Source: a virus
IMG/VR virus record: IMGVR_UViG_3300023176_002545
Length of the DNA: 64,000 nt
Strand: one strand, 5' to 3'
Shown here: piece by piece, positions 19,791 to 28,508 of the stretch
How positions within the stretch are numbered: position 1 is the stretch's first letter
Layout of the letters: every line of letters begins with the position of its first letter
Made by a program: the position numbers and the translations under genes
Notes under the pieces: generated by a model
Told to the model about the DNA's origin: nothing
Databases searched by the model: none
The model's input: only the letters and a program-made list of their open reading frames with translations

Positions 19791-20281
19791 ACAAACTCAG
19801 TAACTTGTAAAACAAATCTTGGTGTAAATCCTATATTAGCAGCACCGTGATTATCTTGTGCAACATCATATACAAAAACATCACCAGCACGATAGTTTGT
19901 TATTAGCTCGTCTTTGATAATAAACACATGGCCTGCTTCATAGTCCTGTAATGGCATCCAATAGCGTTTACAATTATTTTTTAGTGTTGGGGGATCTTCG
20001 TGCATAGGCATAATATCCCCAGGCATCATTTTTGTAATCCACCAATGAATTTTTCCTGTACACCATGGAGGTGTTATTTGCATAGGAATATCTTGAGATT
20101 CAAATATGTGCCAGTAAGTTGCTGTTAAATCATATCCAGCATTTACACCATGATTGTAAGTTTCGTATTCGTCTAAAGAATGTTTGGGTATGTTATTAGG
20201 TCTTGGTTGCCCTTTGTTAGACAACAAATAATCTATTAATCCGTTAGGAATAATGTCTATGTAATTTCCAACATAATGCAT
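19787..20281 (-). CDS. 2OG-Fe(II) oxygenase
   Basis: PMHED...HGAANIG..PRFVLQ; similar to 18658-19203. Confidence 0.65.
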   Translation of the reverse strand: MHYVGNYIDIIPNGLIDYLLSNKGQPRPNNIPKHSLDEYETYNHGVNAGYDLTATYWHIFESQDIPMQITPPWCTGKIHWWITKMMPGDIMPMHEDPPTLKNNCKRYWMPLQDYEAGHVFIIKDELITNYRAGDVFVYDVAQDNHGAANIGFTPRFVLQVTEFV

Positions 20282-21090
20282 TAGTAACTCTCTAGATGAC
20301 TAATACCTAGTACTTTTCTAAACTCAGGAGTAAAAGTACAGTCAACACGTAGTCCGTATTCAACTTCATTTGAATGTTCACCACCATGCCAGTCTTGATC
20401 GTTCCAAAACGCAGCATTAGAATTTATGTAGTGTTTGTTTTGTGTTTCTGGATCCCATATATAGAATCCACGTTTTGTACGATAGCGAATGTGTATAAAC
20501 TCGTTAGTGTGATTGCTGTATCCTTGATCGTTACCGTTCTTGCCATCTAAGTCTCTGTGTTCAAAAGCATGTCCATTATGGTCACAGTGAAAGAATATAA
20601 CACGACCTATACGATCAATTATATTTTCAGTAACTAAGTTTTCAACCCACTTAACAACACCTGGAAAGTATTGCTGTTCTTCTGTAGGTTTACGTTCTGC
20701 ATTGCGTTCATCCCAGGAACCTTCTTCCCAAAGGAAGTAATAAATGTAAGGGTCATTTGCACCCATTGCTCCTTTGAGATAGCGTGTAAATGTGTTACGT
20801 TGTTTGTAGTCTTTAAAATCTGTAGGAAATATTTCACTTCCTTGTACACGAATAGGATGATCTTCTGGAAGTGCTTGATACTCTGCAAATGCTTGATATA
20901 TAGGTTTCCAGTTTAAAATGTAGCTCATGTCGTCAAATTTAAAACCCGGCGACATCCATGTTCCTTCTTTTGCATACTCACGTGCAAGTGCAAACCCTTT
21001 ACATATTTCAGGGTGCAGGTCTCTAAATCCTTTTATATCTAAGTAAGGATCTAAATCTATATAGGGTTTCCCACCAATTCCTCTTATCAT
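20281..21090 (-). CDS. Putative 2OG-Fe(II)/cupin oxygenase
   Basis: EHRD...WHGG..LRVD pattern. Confidence 0.5.
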   Translation of the reverse strand: MIRGIGGKPYIDLDPYLDIKGFRDLHPEICKGFALAREYAKEGTWMSPGFKFDDMSYILNWKPIYQAFAEYQALPEDHPIRVQGSEIFPTDFKDYKQRNTFTRYLKGAMGANDPYIYYFLWEEGSWDERNAERKPTEEQQYFPGVVKWVENLVTENIIDRIGRVIFFHCDHNGHAFEHRDLDGKNGNDQGYSNHTNEFIHIRYRTKRGFYIWDPETQNKHYINSNAAFWNDQDWHGGEHSNEVEYGLRVDCTFTPEFRKVLGISHLESY

Positions 21091-21095
21091 GTTAA

Positions 21096-21112
21096 TACTT
21101 ATCAGGTAAGTA
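21096..21112. promoter_or_regulatory. Back-to-back late-promoter-like motifs, each 5 nt before an ATG
   Basis: minus: GATAAGTA-TTAAC-ATG(21090); plus: GGTAAGTA-TGTAT-ATG(21118). Confidence 0.6.
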
Positions 21113-21117
21113 TGTAT

Positions 21118-21822
21118 ATGAACAACGAGTTTGAATACTATTATAACAATGTACCGGGCAAAGGCTTGTGCAGAAACAACTTAATCTACACAAGTCTTAT
21201 GAATGATGAACAAACAGTGTTTTGTCAATGGTACCACAATGATAGCGAATACCATAAAGGTAAAAATGAAGTAGTTGATCCTGCAAAGATGGACGAGAAG
21301 TGGAGACGCGAAGTTAGCTTCTTAAAACGTATGCAAGAAAACTATCCACAACACGTACCTGAAATACTTGATATAGATTATACTGAAAAGAAAATAATGC
21401 TTCGTGTTGAAGGTCCAGATTTTTGGGAACAGGCAGGCTGCTTAGAAGAAAACTACAACAGCGTTCTTCCAGACTGGAAAGAGCAGATGCTTGAAATAAC
21501 ACAGGCACACAAAGACTTAGGCATATACAAATACAGTATGCATCCTAGCAGTTACTTTGTAGTAGACGGCAAGCTCAAAAGTATTAACTATTTCTTTGCT
21601 TATGATGAGCGTGAACCAGGCATAACAGTGCGTAGTGTACTAAGCCATATAAGTGAAGATAGACGCAAAGAGCTATTGCCTAAGATGGAATCTATGGGCA
21701 TAGAACTAGATAAAATTGCTGATTTGCATATGCTACAGCACCTTTGCTTTGCTAGTTTTAGTAATAATTACCCTGCAGACTTTATACAAAAATCCAAAGA
21801 AATATACCAAGATATGGTATAA
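21118..21822 (+). CDS. Protein-kinase-like fold protein, probable pseudokinase (paralog of 18116)
   Basis: WRREVSFL alphaC-like helix; SMHPSSYFVVDGKLKSINYF parallels 18116; start at 21112 or 21118. Confidence 0.5.
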   Translation: MNNEFEYYYNNVPGKGLCRNNLIYTSLMNDEQTVFCQWYHNDSEYHKGKNEVVDPAKMDEKWRREVSFLKRMQENYPQHVPEILDIDYTEKKIMLRVEGPDFWEQAGCLEENYNSVLPDWKEQMLEITQAHKDLGIYKYSMHPSSYFVVDGKLKSINYFFAYDEREPGITVRSVLSHISEDRRKELLPKMESMGIELDKIADLHMLQHLCFASFSNNYPADFIQKSKEIYQDMV

Positions 21823-21854
21823 AAGAACCATTAAATCGTAAACCACGCTTTAAC

Positions 21855-21893
21855 CACAAAAAAACCGCATTAAAACCTAAGTTAAATGCGGTT
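21855..21893 (-). terminator. Probable intrinsic terminator between convergent genes
   Basis: 9-bp inverted repeat AACCGCATT(21863-71)/AATGCGGTT(21885-93), followed by a T-run on the minus strand. Confidence 0.6.
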
Positions 21894-21910
21894 CTTATAA
21901 AAACGTATTA

Positions 21911-22132
21911 TTATGCACTGAGCAGTGCTGTGATACCATTCCTAACTTCTCTAAACTTTTTAGACGCTGTAACAATGTATATAGAGTCTGACTCTACATT
22001 TTTAACAAATAATGCATGTTCAGTGTCGTTAGAATATACATGAGTTAGTAGTGTTATGCCCTCTGGATTAGGGTTCATAATAGCAACGATTTCGTTGTTT
22101 TCGATGTTGTATACGCCTACATTTAAATTCAT
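21911..22132 (-). CDS. Hypothetical protein
   Basis: 73-aa ORF preceded by GAGGT SD. Confidence 0.6.
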   Translation of the reverse strand: MNLNVGVYNIENNEIVAIMNPNPEGITLLTHVYSNDTEHALFVKNVESDSIYIVTASKKFREVRNGITALLSA

Positions 22133-22133
22133 T

Positions 22134-22895
22134 TTATTTTACCTCAAAAACATCAGAGTTAAGATCGTCTGTGTATCTATTTACTAATTGTCTATCTGAA
22201 TACAGTTGGGGATTTAAAATTATGTGATCACCAAATATATCTACACCATGTAAGCTATGGTTTGGCAACCAAAAACACATGTATTTTGCATAATCAGAAG
22301 CACCTGTGCCTAGCACATATCTGTTTGTATAAGATAATGGTGACTGCCAATATACTTCCATGTTGTCATTTACATAAAATGATTGATAGTTAAACTTATG
22401 ATCAGGCCATACTTTCATGCCCATTGGTTGATCTGCTAAAGTATTTAAAAACTTTACAGTGTTTGCAGCATAGGTATTAAATAACGCATCATTATTTTTT
22501 GCTTGTGTGCAAATAGCACCCCATACGTTGTAACAACCTGCATAGGGTTTTGCCCATACATCATACATCCATAGTTTGCCGTCAATTTCAACTTCTTCGT
22601 GGGTTTCATTTGTTGCAACAGTAATACCGTTTGAACGCATAACAGTTCTAAATTGATTATGCATATCAATTGTAGTATTTAAACCTAAATCGTTTAGGGT
22701 GTAATAATGTGTAGGAGTATGGTACTCAACTATTGTACCTTCTTGATTATTTCTATAGTTTCGACGTTCAACATTCCAGTATGTTTCACCTGGAGGGCTG
22801 AATGCTACTAGAGTATCGCGATCTACGTTATAATGTGCCGCACGATTCTTTTCTAGTTTATTTGTTATTAAATCATGTAGTTCTGTTGCTTGCAT
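22134..22895 (-). CDS. Hypothetical protein
   Basis: 253-aa ORF; GATAAATA at 22920-22927 and an SD-like sequence upstream. Confidence 0.75.
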   Translation of the reverse strand: MQATELHDLITNKLEKNRAAHYNVDRDTLVAFSPPGETYWNVERRNYRNNQEGTIVEYHTPTHYYTLNDLGLNTTIDMHNQFRTVMRSNGITVATNETHEEVEIDGKLWMYDVWAKPYAGCYNVWGAICTQAKNNDALFNTYAANTVKFLNTLADQPMGMKVWPDHKFNYQSFYVNDNMEVYWQSPLSYTNRYVLGTGASDYAKYMCFWLPNHSLHGVDIFGDHIILNPQLYSDRQLVNRYTDDLNSDVFEVK

Positions 22896-22932
22896 GAATA
22901 TTTCCCATCCTATATAGTATATTTATCCAGAA

Positions 22933-23250
22933 CTATTTCTTTTTAAACTTACCCTTCATAAACTTACGGGTGTTCTTAATCATGTCTCGTTTTACTCGTT
23001 GAGTATGTACTCTAAAGTCTATTGAAGCTATTTGATCTTCGTATTCTTCTAGCATTTCTGCTACAACTTGTTCAGCCGTAGCACCGTCCTCTAAGAGTTC
23101 CTTAGAGTCCATTTGTATTTCCCATACTTCTTGATCGGTAAACGTAACACGAATAGACTGGAGGTACTCAGCGGGAATAGCTTTTATGCTAATATCGCCA
23201 AATACCTCCGGCCAGCTTGCAATCACGTCGTTAGGTAGTTTTCTTGCCAA
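22933..23250 (-). CDS. Hypothetical protein
   Basis: Coding-like from TTG at 23250 (LARKLPNDVIASWPEVF); start uncertain. Confidence 0.6.
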   Translation of the reverse strand: MARKLPNDVIASWPEVFGDISIKAIPAEYLQSIRVTFTDQEVWEIQMDSKELLEDGATAEQVVAEMLEEYEDQIASIDFRVHTQRVKRDMIKNTRKFMKGKFKKK

Positions 23251-23860
23251 GGCTCTTCTTCTTTGTTGGAGAAAGTGTCTCGGCTTCTTCGCGTAATCTT
23301 TTAGCTTCTTTGAACAATGCATCCGCTTGCGAACGATATTGTGCAGCCAAATCTTCGTCTGTTAGAACACCGGGATCATCTGCTGACTGGGCAGGCTGAG
23401 GAGCCTCAGTTGGTTGTGGCATTTCTGACACACTGCCAAGTTCTTGTACCTCGGCGGTATTGCGTTGCGTAGGTGAAATAGTCAAATCATCAATTGAAAC
23501 ACCTCTCTGTTCGGCAACCATTTTGTTAAGGTCACTTAGTAAGATAGATGATGATGCGTTTGGAATCATTTCAACTTGTGCGGTTGAAACTTTAGTTAAA
23601 ATTCCTCTTCGATGGAAACTTACTAACATACTATCACTAGTTTCTGGAAGAGATGCTCTATCTAATGCTTCACCTAATTCGTATGCAGTTTGACCTGCAT
23701 TAGACTCGACGACTTTCATAAGAGCATCGTGATCTGCATCAGTTAGTGACTCTGTAGGAATCACTAGAGCTGAAGTTGCATCACCCGGAATAGTCCGAAA
23801 TGCAACTGCAACTTTTCTCTTATTAGTAGTCATTCTGCCTACGTGTTTTAAATCAGGCAT
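23231..23860 (-). CDS. Hypothetical protein
   Basis: 209-aa ORF with AAGGA SD. Confidence 0.75.
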   Translation of the reverse strand: MPDLKHVGRMTTNKRKVAVAFRTIPGDATSALVIPTESLTDADHDALMKVVESNAGQTAYELGEALDRASLPETSDSMLVSFHRRGILTKVSTAQVEMIPNASSSILLSDLNKMVAEQRGVSIDDLTISPTQRNTAEVQELGSVSEMPQPTEAPQPAQSADDPGVLTDEDLAAQYRSQADALFKEAKRLREEAETLSPTKKKSLGKKTT

Positions 23861-23865
23861 AACTA

Positions 23866-24180
23866 TTATCCTTTTGGCTGAGCTTCCTGGGCAGCTTTAG
23901 CAGCTTCTGCTTGCTTTTGAACTTCTTCTAGGAACCCATTTAGTTTATCATAAAGCGTACCTACAGTAACCATTTCGCCTGGGCGGAATGCACCACGTGC
24001 TGATGCAACATCAATTAATGTACGCATAGCGGCAAGATCTTGAATGTTTAGTTCTTTGCCTTGTGGCTCTTGTGCAGGTGCTTCACCTTTAGTAGCGTTC
24101 TGCAACTCTTCTGCTTTAGCGGCTGCTTGAGCTACTTGTGCATCATGTGCTTCTGCTACGGTCTTTGTTTCTTCAGTCAT
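23866..24180 (-). CDS. Hypothetical protein
   Basis: 104-aa Ala/Gln-rich ORF; AAGGAG SD; TATAAGTA at 24210-24217. Confidence 0.75.
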   Translation of the reverse strand: MTEETKTVAEAHDAQVAQAAAKAEELQNATKGEAPAQEPQGKELNIQDLAAMRTLIDVASARGAFRPGEMVTVGTLYDKLNGFLEEVQKQAEAAKAAQEAQPKG

Positions 24181-24229
24181 ATCTTTCTCCTTTGATTGAA
24201 TTGTACAATTACTTATAACTGTTATTATC

Positions 24230-24508
24230 TTAGTACTTTAAAAGTGGACAAGCTAATTGGAAATAACTTGCTTCTGATGGGTTTTCAAACCCTATTCTGA
24301 GTACTGTACGCTGTTGAGCTTCTATATCTACATGTTTGTTTAGATAGTATCTACCAGATAAGTTATGTGTAATCCACGTATCAATTGCAGATTCCATATT
24401 GTATCTTAGTTTTTCTATATCAACAAAATGTAAATGTTCTGCAGGATAATGATATTTCCTGCAATTAAAATAGTCTAAAGGATTAGGCTTTCCTTTAATT
24501 ATTGGCAT
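24230..24508 (-). CDS. Hypothetical protein
   Basis: 92-aa ORF, TAATG coupling with the upstream VWA gene. Confidence 0.7.
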   Translation of the reverse strand: MPIIKGKPNPLDYFNCRKYHYPAEHLHFVDIEKLRYNMESAIDTWITHNLSGRYYLNKHVDIEAQQRTVLRIGFENPSEASYFQLACPLLKY

Positions 24509-25755
24509 TATGCAGCCTCTTCGTAGTGTGCTGTAACACCAAACGGTGCTTGAATGTCCTTTCGACCATTACTGTGAATTACAAATACTGTATCACAGTA
24601 ATCTTCTTCACCCCAGCTACCCCATGGGTAACCGTCTGTAAACATAATAAACTTCTTAGGAACAATATCATTTTCTTTCATGTATTCCCAATTAGCCATA
24701 AACTCTGTGCCGCCACCGCCATAGATTTCATAGTCCATAATATCTTCGCCAGTATCTGAACCAAAATCTTGTTCGTTATAAACAGCAGTGTCAAAACACC
24801 ACAACTTAATATTGTATTCTTTGTATTCTTCCATAATGCCTTTGATCTCGCCTAGGAAGTCTTTTGCCTGTTCATCACCAATTGAACCGCTCATATCTAG
24901 TGCAATACAAATATCAATAGTTTGATCAAAGTTCATACCTGGAAGTACTGCACCGGTGTGCCAACCCTTACGTGAAGGACGACTAAATGTATAATCGTTA
25001 CGAATAGTACTTTGAATCTGTTGACGTAGTAGTTCACGCCAATTCATCTTAGGCTCAGTAAGCTCTTTGATCATACGCTGAATTTCACCAGGTACATTAC
25101 CAGCACCTGCACTCTGTGCGGCATTGATCATTGATTCTTTAATTTCGTCACGGATCTTACGAAGTTCTTCTTTAGTGTAAGAAGGACGGCTACCTTTGCC
25201 TTCGCCGTCTTGTTCTTCACCACTTTTACCTTCGCCTTTGTCCTTGTCGCCTTCGCCTTCCCAGTCAATGTGTTCGTCTAGTAGTTGGCCTAGTGCTTCG
25301 AGTTCTTCGTCATCATACTTTCCGTAGATGTCATCGTAAACAGCTTCTGAACTCCAACCTTCGTATTTGAAGTCTTGGAAAATTGGAAACTGATCTACTT
25401 TTTCACCAATGCGTTCACGCACCAAAGTATTGTTTACAATGTAATCTGCGGCAATATTATAAATTTTAGGATCACGATCTTCACGGCGTGTTAAGTGATC
25501 ATATACGCAGTGTAAAATTTCGTGTGCAATAACAAACTCAATTTGTCGAGTTGTTAGTTGTTCAAAAAACTGTCTGTTCCAATATAAGTTGCGACCATCT
25601 GTTGCCGCGGTAGGAAGCCAATCGTTATTCTCAATAATTCTGAGTCGAGTAGCCATGTTACCAAAAAACGGATGACGCATTAGCAAGCCAATACGTGCTA
25701 CAATAATTTTATCTAGAATTTCATCACCAGTTTGTTGCATAGCCTGTTCCTTCAT
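24508..25755 (-). CDS. Putative metallopeptidase-VWA domain protein (partner of MoxR-type ATPase)
   Basis: TAATDG..HEILH (HExxH) N-terminal domain; MIDAS DMSGS...T(GGGT)...FTDG. Confidence 0.85.
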   Translation of the reverse strand: MKEQAMQQTGDEILDKIIVARIGLLMRHPFFGNMATRLRIIENNDWLPTAATDGRNLYWNRQFFEQLTTRQIEFVIAHEILHCVYDHLTRREDRDPKIYNIAADYIVNNTLVRERIGEKVDQFPIFQDFKYEGWSSEAVYDDIYGKYDDEELEALGQLLDEHIDWEGEGDKDKGEGKSGEEQDGEGKGSRPSYTKEELRKIRDEIKESMINAAQSAGAGNVPGEIQRMIKELTEPKMNWRELLRQQIQSTIRNDYTFSRPSRKGWHTGAVLPGMNFDQTIDICIALDMSGSIGDEQAKDFLGEIKGIMEEYKEYNIKLWCFDTAVYNEQDFGSDTGEDIMDYEIYGGGGTEFMANWEYMKENDIVPKKFIMFTDGYPWGSWGEEDYCDTVFVIHSNGRKDIQAPFGVTAHYEEAA

Positions 25756-25766
25756 TTTCTATATAT

Positions 25767-25795
25767 AGTATAACAGTATTTAATAGGATTGTCAA
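25767..25795 (-). promoter_or_regulatory. sigma70-type promoter
   Basis: TTGACA-17nt-TATACT. Confidence 0.8.
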
Positions 25796-25800
25796 GAGGA

Positions 25801-25836
25801 ATATAAAATTAGGGGATCCATTTCTGAATCCCCTAA
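25801..25836 (-). terminator. Probable intrinsic terminator after the AAA+ gene
   Basis: TTAGGGGAT(25809-17)/ATCCCCTAA(25828-36) stem then TTTTATAT on the minus strand. Confidence 0.65.
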
Positions 25837-25844
25837 AGTGGGCT

Positions 25845-26933
25845 TTAGCCCTTCTGGGCAGCCGCGATATACTTGCCGTAGTTCTCGTGGAACTCATCAA
25901 AGTTATCAAGCTCATCCGGGTCAATTGGCAAACCGTATTGTGTAATAGCAAGTTTGACACCCATTACAATAAGCTCAGTCTCAAAGTTATCCATCGCAAA
26001 ACGCAGATAGTTATCAACCATTTCGTTGAACTTGTCTGAGTTTTTATCAGATGCTTCTTTGAGTTCGTAGCAGAGTGAGACCGTTAAGGAATACATGGCA
26101 CTGATTTCTTTGGTCTTAAGCTCTTTAACTTTACCAACAAGAATATCAGTTGGGTTAGGCATGCTTGCGGCAAACTTGCGGTGTGCCATAAACTTTACTG
26201 CCAAACCTTCACCTACTGCTCCAGAAACTAGATCGGTAGTTGTGTTTTCGTCATCGTCGTCTTCAAGCAACTCAGAAACAAAAGACCAACTACGTGGTGT
26301 TGCGAAAGAACGTGAAGGACTCTTAGGATCAAAGTCATACAAGTCTTTCTTAGAAAAAGTCAAGTAACCTACAACGTCTTTGTGGATTTTGTTTTCAGCG
26401 GCCCACTGGAACCAGTCTTCAAAATCAACTGCCATTTCCAAGTGAACAAAACGGTTAGCTAACGGAGCAGGCATACGATAAGTAACACCTTTGTCTGCTT
26501 CGCGGTTACCTGCCGCAATAATAAGAACGTTGTCTGGAAGGACATACTGTCCAACTCGACGGTTAAGAATAAGTTGATATGCTGCCGCTTGTACTGCTGG
26601 AGCCGCAGAGTTCATTTCGTCTAGGAAAAGAACAATGTGGTCGTATTTTGCAGCCATTTCTGCATCAGGCAATTCCATTGGAGGAGCCCATTTCATGCAG
26701 TTGTCATTTGCCGCATAGTACGGGATACCTTTAATGTCTGTAGGTTCCCAAAGTGAAAGTCGAATGTCAATTAGATGACTATTGTTAAAGCCTTCGGTAA
26801 TCTGCTTTACAATGTCTGATTTACCAATACCTGGAGGACCCCATAAAAAGATTGGACGCTTTTTACTAAAAGCTCGTTGAATGCTTTTCTTAGCATTGTT
26901 TGGAGTCACGGTACGAACTGCGATATTTTCCAT
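25845..26933 (-). CDS. MoxR/dynein-related AAA+ ATPase
   Basis: Walker A GPPGIGKS, Walker B LFLDEMN, AAGNR sensor, PAPLANRF arginine finger. Confidence 0.9.
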   Translation of the reverse strand: MENIAVRTVTPNNAKKSIQRAFSKKRPIFLWGPPGIGKSDIVKQITEGFNNSHLIDIRLSLWEPTDIKGIPYYAANDNCMKWAPPMELPDAEMAAKYDHIVLFLDEMNSAAPAVQAAAYQLILNRRVGQYVLPDNVLIIAAGNREADKGVTYRMPAPLANRFVHLEMAVDFEDWFQWAAENKIHKDVVGYLTFSKKDLYDFDPKSPSRSFATPRSWSFVSELLEDDDDENTTTDLVSGAVGEGLAVKFMAHRKFAASMPNPTDILVGKVKELKTKEISAMYSLTVSLCYELKEASDKNSDKFNEMVDNYLRFAMDNFETELIVMGVKLAITQYGLPIDPDELDNFDEFHENYGKYIAAAQKG

Positions 26934-26984
26934 TTGTATTCCCTCTTGTGTCATTCAGTGCCAGTTATTTCTAACTATGTATAT

Positions 26985-27013
26985 ATAATAGCATCGCCCT
27001 AGGCAAAGGTCAA
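26985..27013 (-). promoter_or_regulatory. sigma70-type promoter
   Basis: TTGACC-17nt-TATTAT with TGn extended -10. Confidence 0.7.
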
Positions 27014-27031
27014 CCACTTTTTTGCTGAAAA

Positions 27032-28348
27032 TTAAATCTTTTCGCCAATTTCAAATCCGCGGAATGTTTTAAATCGCGGAAAACGTAGACTATATGTGCC
27101 GTCTTGATTTTGGGTAACAGCGTCTGCTCTAACCTCTACTAGATTGCTGATAATAGCATCACGATGGTTCCAAAAATCATCGCGGTTAGCATCACTAAAC
27201 CCACTACCGACATTAACGCGAATATCTTTTCCATCATCGGTCCCGGAGCATACAAACGCTCCCAATCTGCCTTCATTCCTGCCAGTACCTTCTTCAACAT
27301 CTACTACCTCCAATGTTACTTCAATAAATGGCTTTGCTTTGAGCCAAGCATGAGTTCGTTTGCATTCGTATGGTGCATCAACATCCTTGATCATTACACC
27401 TTCGTAACCACCGTCTACAGCCGCTTTATTAAGCTCTACAAAGCGTTTTTGTCCTTCATCAGTGTCTAAGTCTACTGTTTCCCAGTCCAACGCTTGTACG
27501 TGCTTTAAGACGTCTTTATGCTCCTCTACCCAATGCTTGGTAATAGCACTTCTAAACGACTGAGGCTTATCCCACTTACCGTTTTTAAAGTTACCTAGCG
27601 GAATAGTATCAAAAACGTGTAGTACAGCATCGCCTGCGGCTACGTTATCCTTACGATGTACTTGCTTCATTAGATCCTGGAAGTTTGAACTCATTACCTC
27701 ACCGTCTAGCACCAGCGGATACGGCACAGGATACTCTTGCACCACAGCACGAATTTCTTCAATGATGTGATCAAAGTTATGAAACTGTTTTCCGTTGCGG
27801 CTGTACATTTCAATCTTCTTGCCGTGACGATCGTGAATAACACATAGTACACGAACGCCATCAAGTTTAACTTCGATCTGTTTCTTGCCAGTCATTTTCT
27901 TTTCGTGATTGGCTGAGTCATGTGCAAGAGCACAAGTGAATACAGGTACAGTACCAGGCACCACTTTGTTCACGGTCTTTTCACTTACTCCGCAACGTAG
28001 GTCCTTGATAAGGATACGACGATACCAATCATTCCACTGTTCTGTAGTAGCAACACTCATTGCTAATTCAATAGCATCACGAGCTGCGTGTCCTGTCAAC
28101 GCACGAGCATTTAGATCGTGTGCCAAATCAAGAAAGACATCCCATGACAAACCTTGTCCAGTTAATACATCTGAACGCACAGGAACCTGCTTTACACCAA
28201 AAGTGTACAGTGGATCTAGTGCCATACGCAATCCTTCAAAGAACTCTGGAAGTCCTTCTTCGTGTGCCGCTCGTAGAATATCTTCTTTATTGATGCGACT
28301 GTTGTGGATTTCAAGTTGTCGGATAATGCTGTCTGGTTGCGTTCTCAT
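27032..28348 (-). CDS. lig: ATP-dependent DNA ligase
   Basis: Motif I EVKLDGVR, LDGE, EGVMIK, WLKAK, OB-fold VGSGF and LRFPRF. Confidence 0.95.
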   Translation of the reverse strand: MRTQPDSIIRQLEIHNSRINKEDILRAAHEEGLPEFFEGLRMALDPLYTFGVKQVPVRSDVLTGQGLSWDVFLDLAHDLNARALTGHAARDAIELAMSVATTEQWNDWYRRILIKDLRCGVSEKTVNKVVPGTVPVFTCALAHDSANHEKKMTGKKQIEVKLDGVRVLCVIHDRHGKKIEMYSRNGKQFHNFDHIIEEIRAVVQEYPVPYPLVLDGEVMSSNFQDLMKQVHRKDNVAAGDAVLHVFDTIPLGNFKNGKWDKPQSFRSAITKHWVEEHKDVLKHVQALDWETVDLDTDEGQKRFVELNKAAVDGGYEGVMIKDVDAPYECKRTHAWLKAKPFIEVTLEVVDVEEGTGRNEGRLGAFVCSGTDDGKDIRVNVGSGFSDANRDDFWNHRDAIISNLVEVRADAVTQNQDGTYSLRFPRFKTFRGFEIGEKI

Positions 28349-28508
28349 AATATTCTGGTTCCATGCCTAATGATTTGTGAAAGTCAAATACTTCATACCC
28401 TTTTAACATATATATTATAGCATCACGAGGGGGGCAGAGCAAGAGTTTTTCTTCCGTTTTCTTGCCCTGCTCCCATTTTTCAATGCTATAAAGACGATGT
28501 TCAATCAT
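28311..28508 (-). CDS. Hypothetical protein
   Basis: 65-aa ORF, ATGA coupling with the upstream gene. Confidence 0.55.
   Translation of the reverse strand: MIEHRLYSIEKWEQGKKTEEKLLLCPPRDAIIYMLKGYEVFDFHKSLGMEPEYYENATRQHYPTT

Noticed and set aside
295-21822. RiPP cluster interpretation of the radical SAM/SPASM array
   Set aside because: No short precursor peptide ORF, RRE/PqqD domain, peptidase or exporter was found nearby; genes are packed end to end. A distant precursor cannot be excluded
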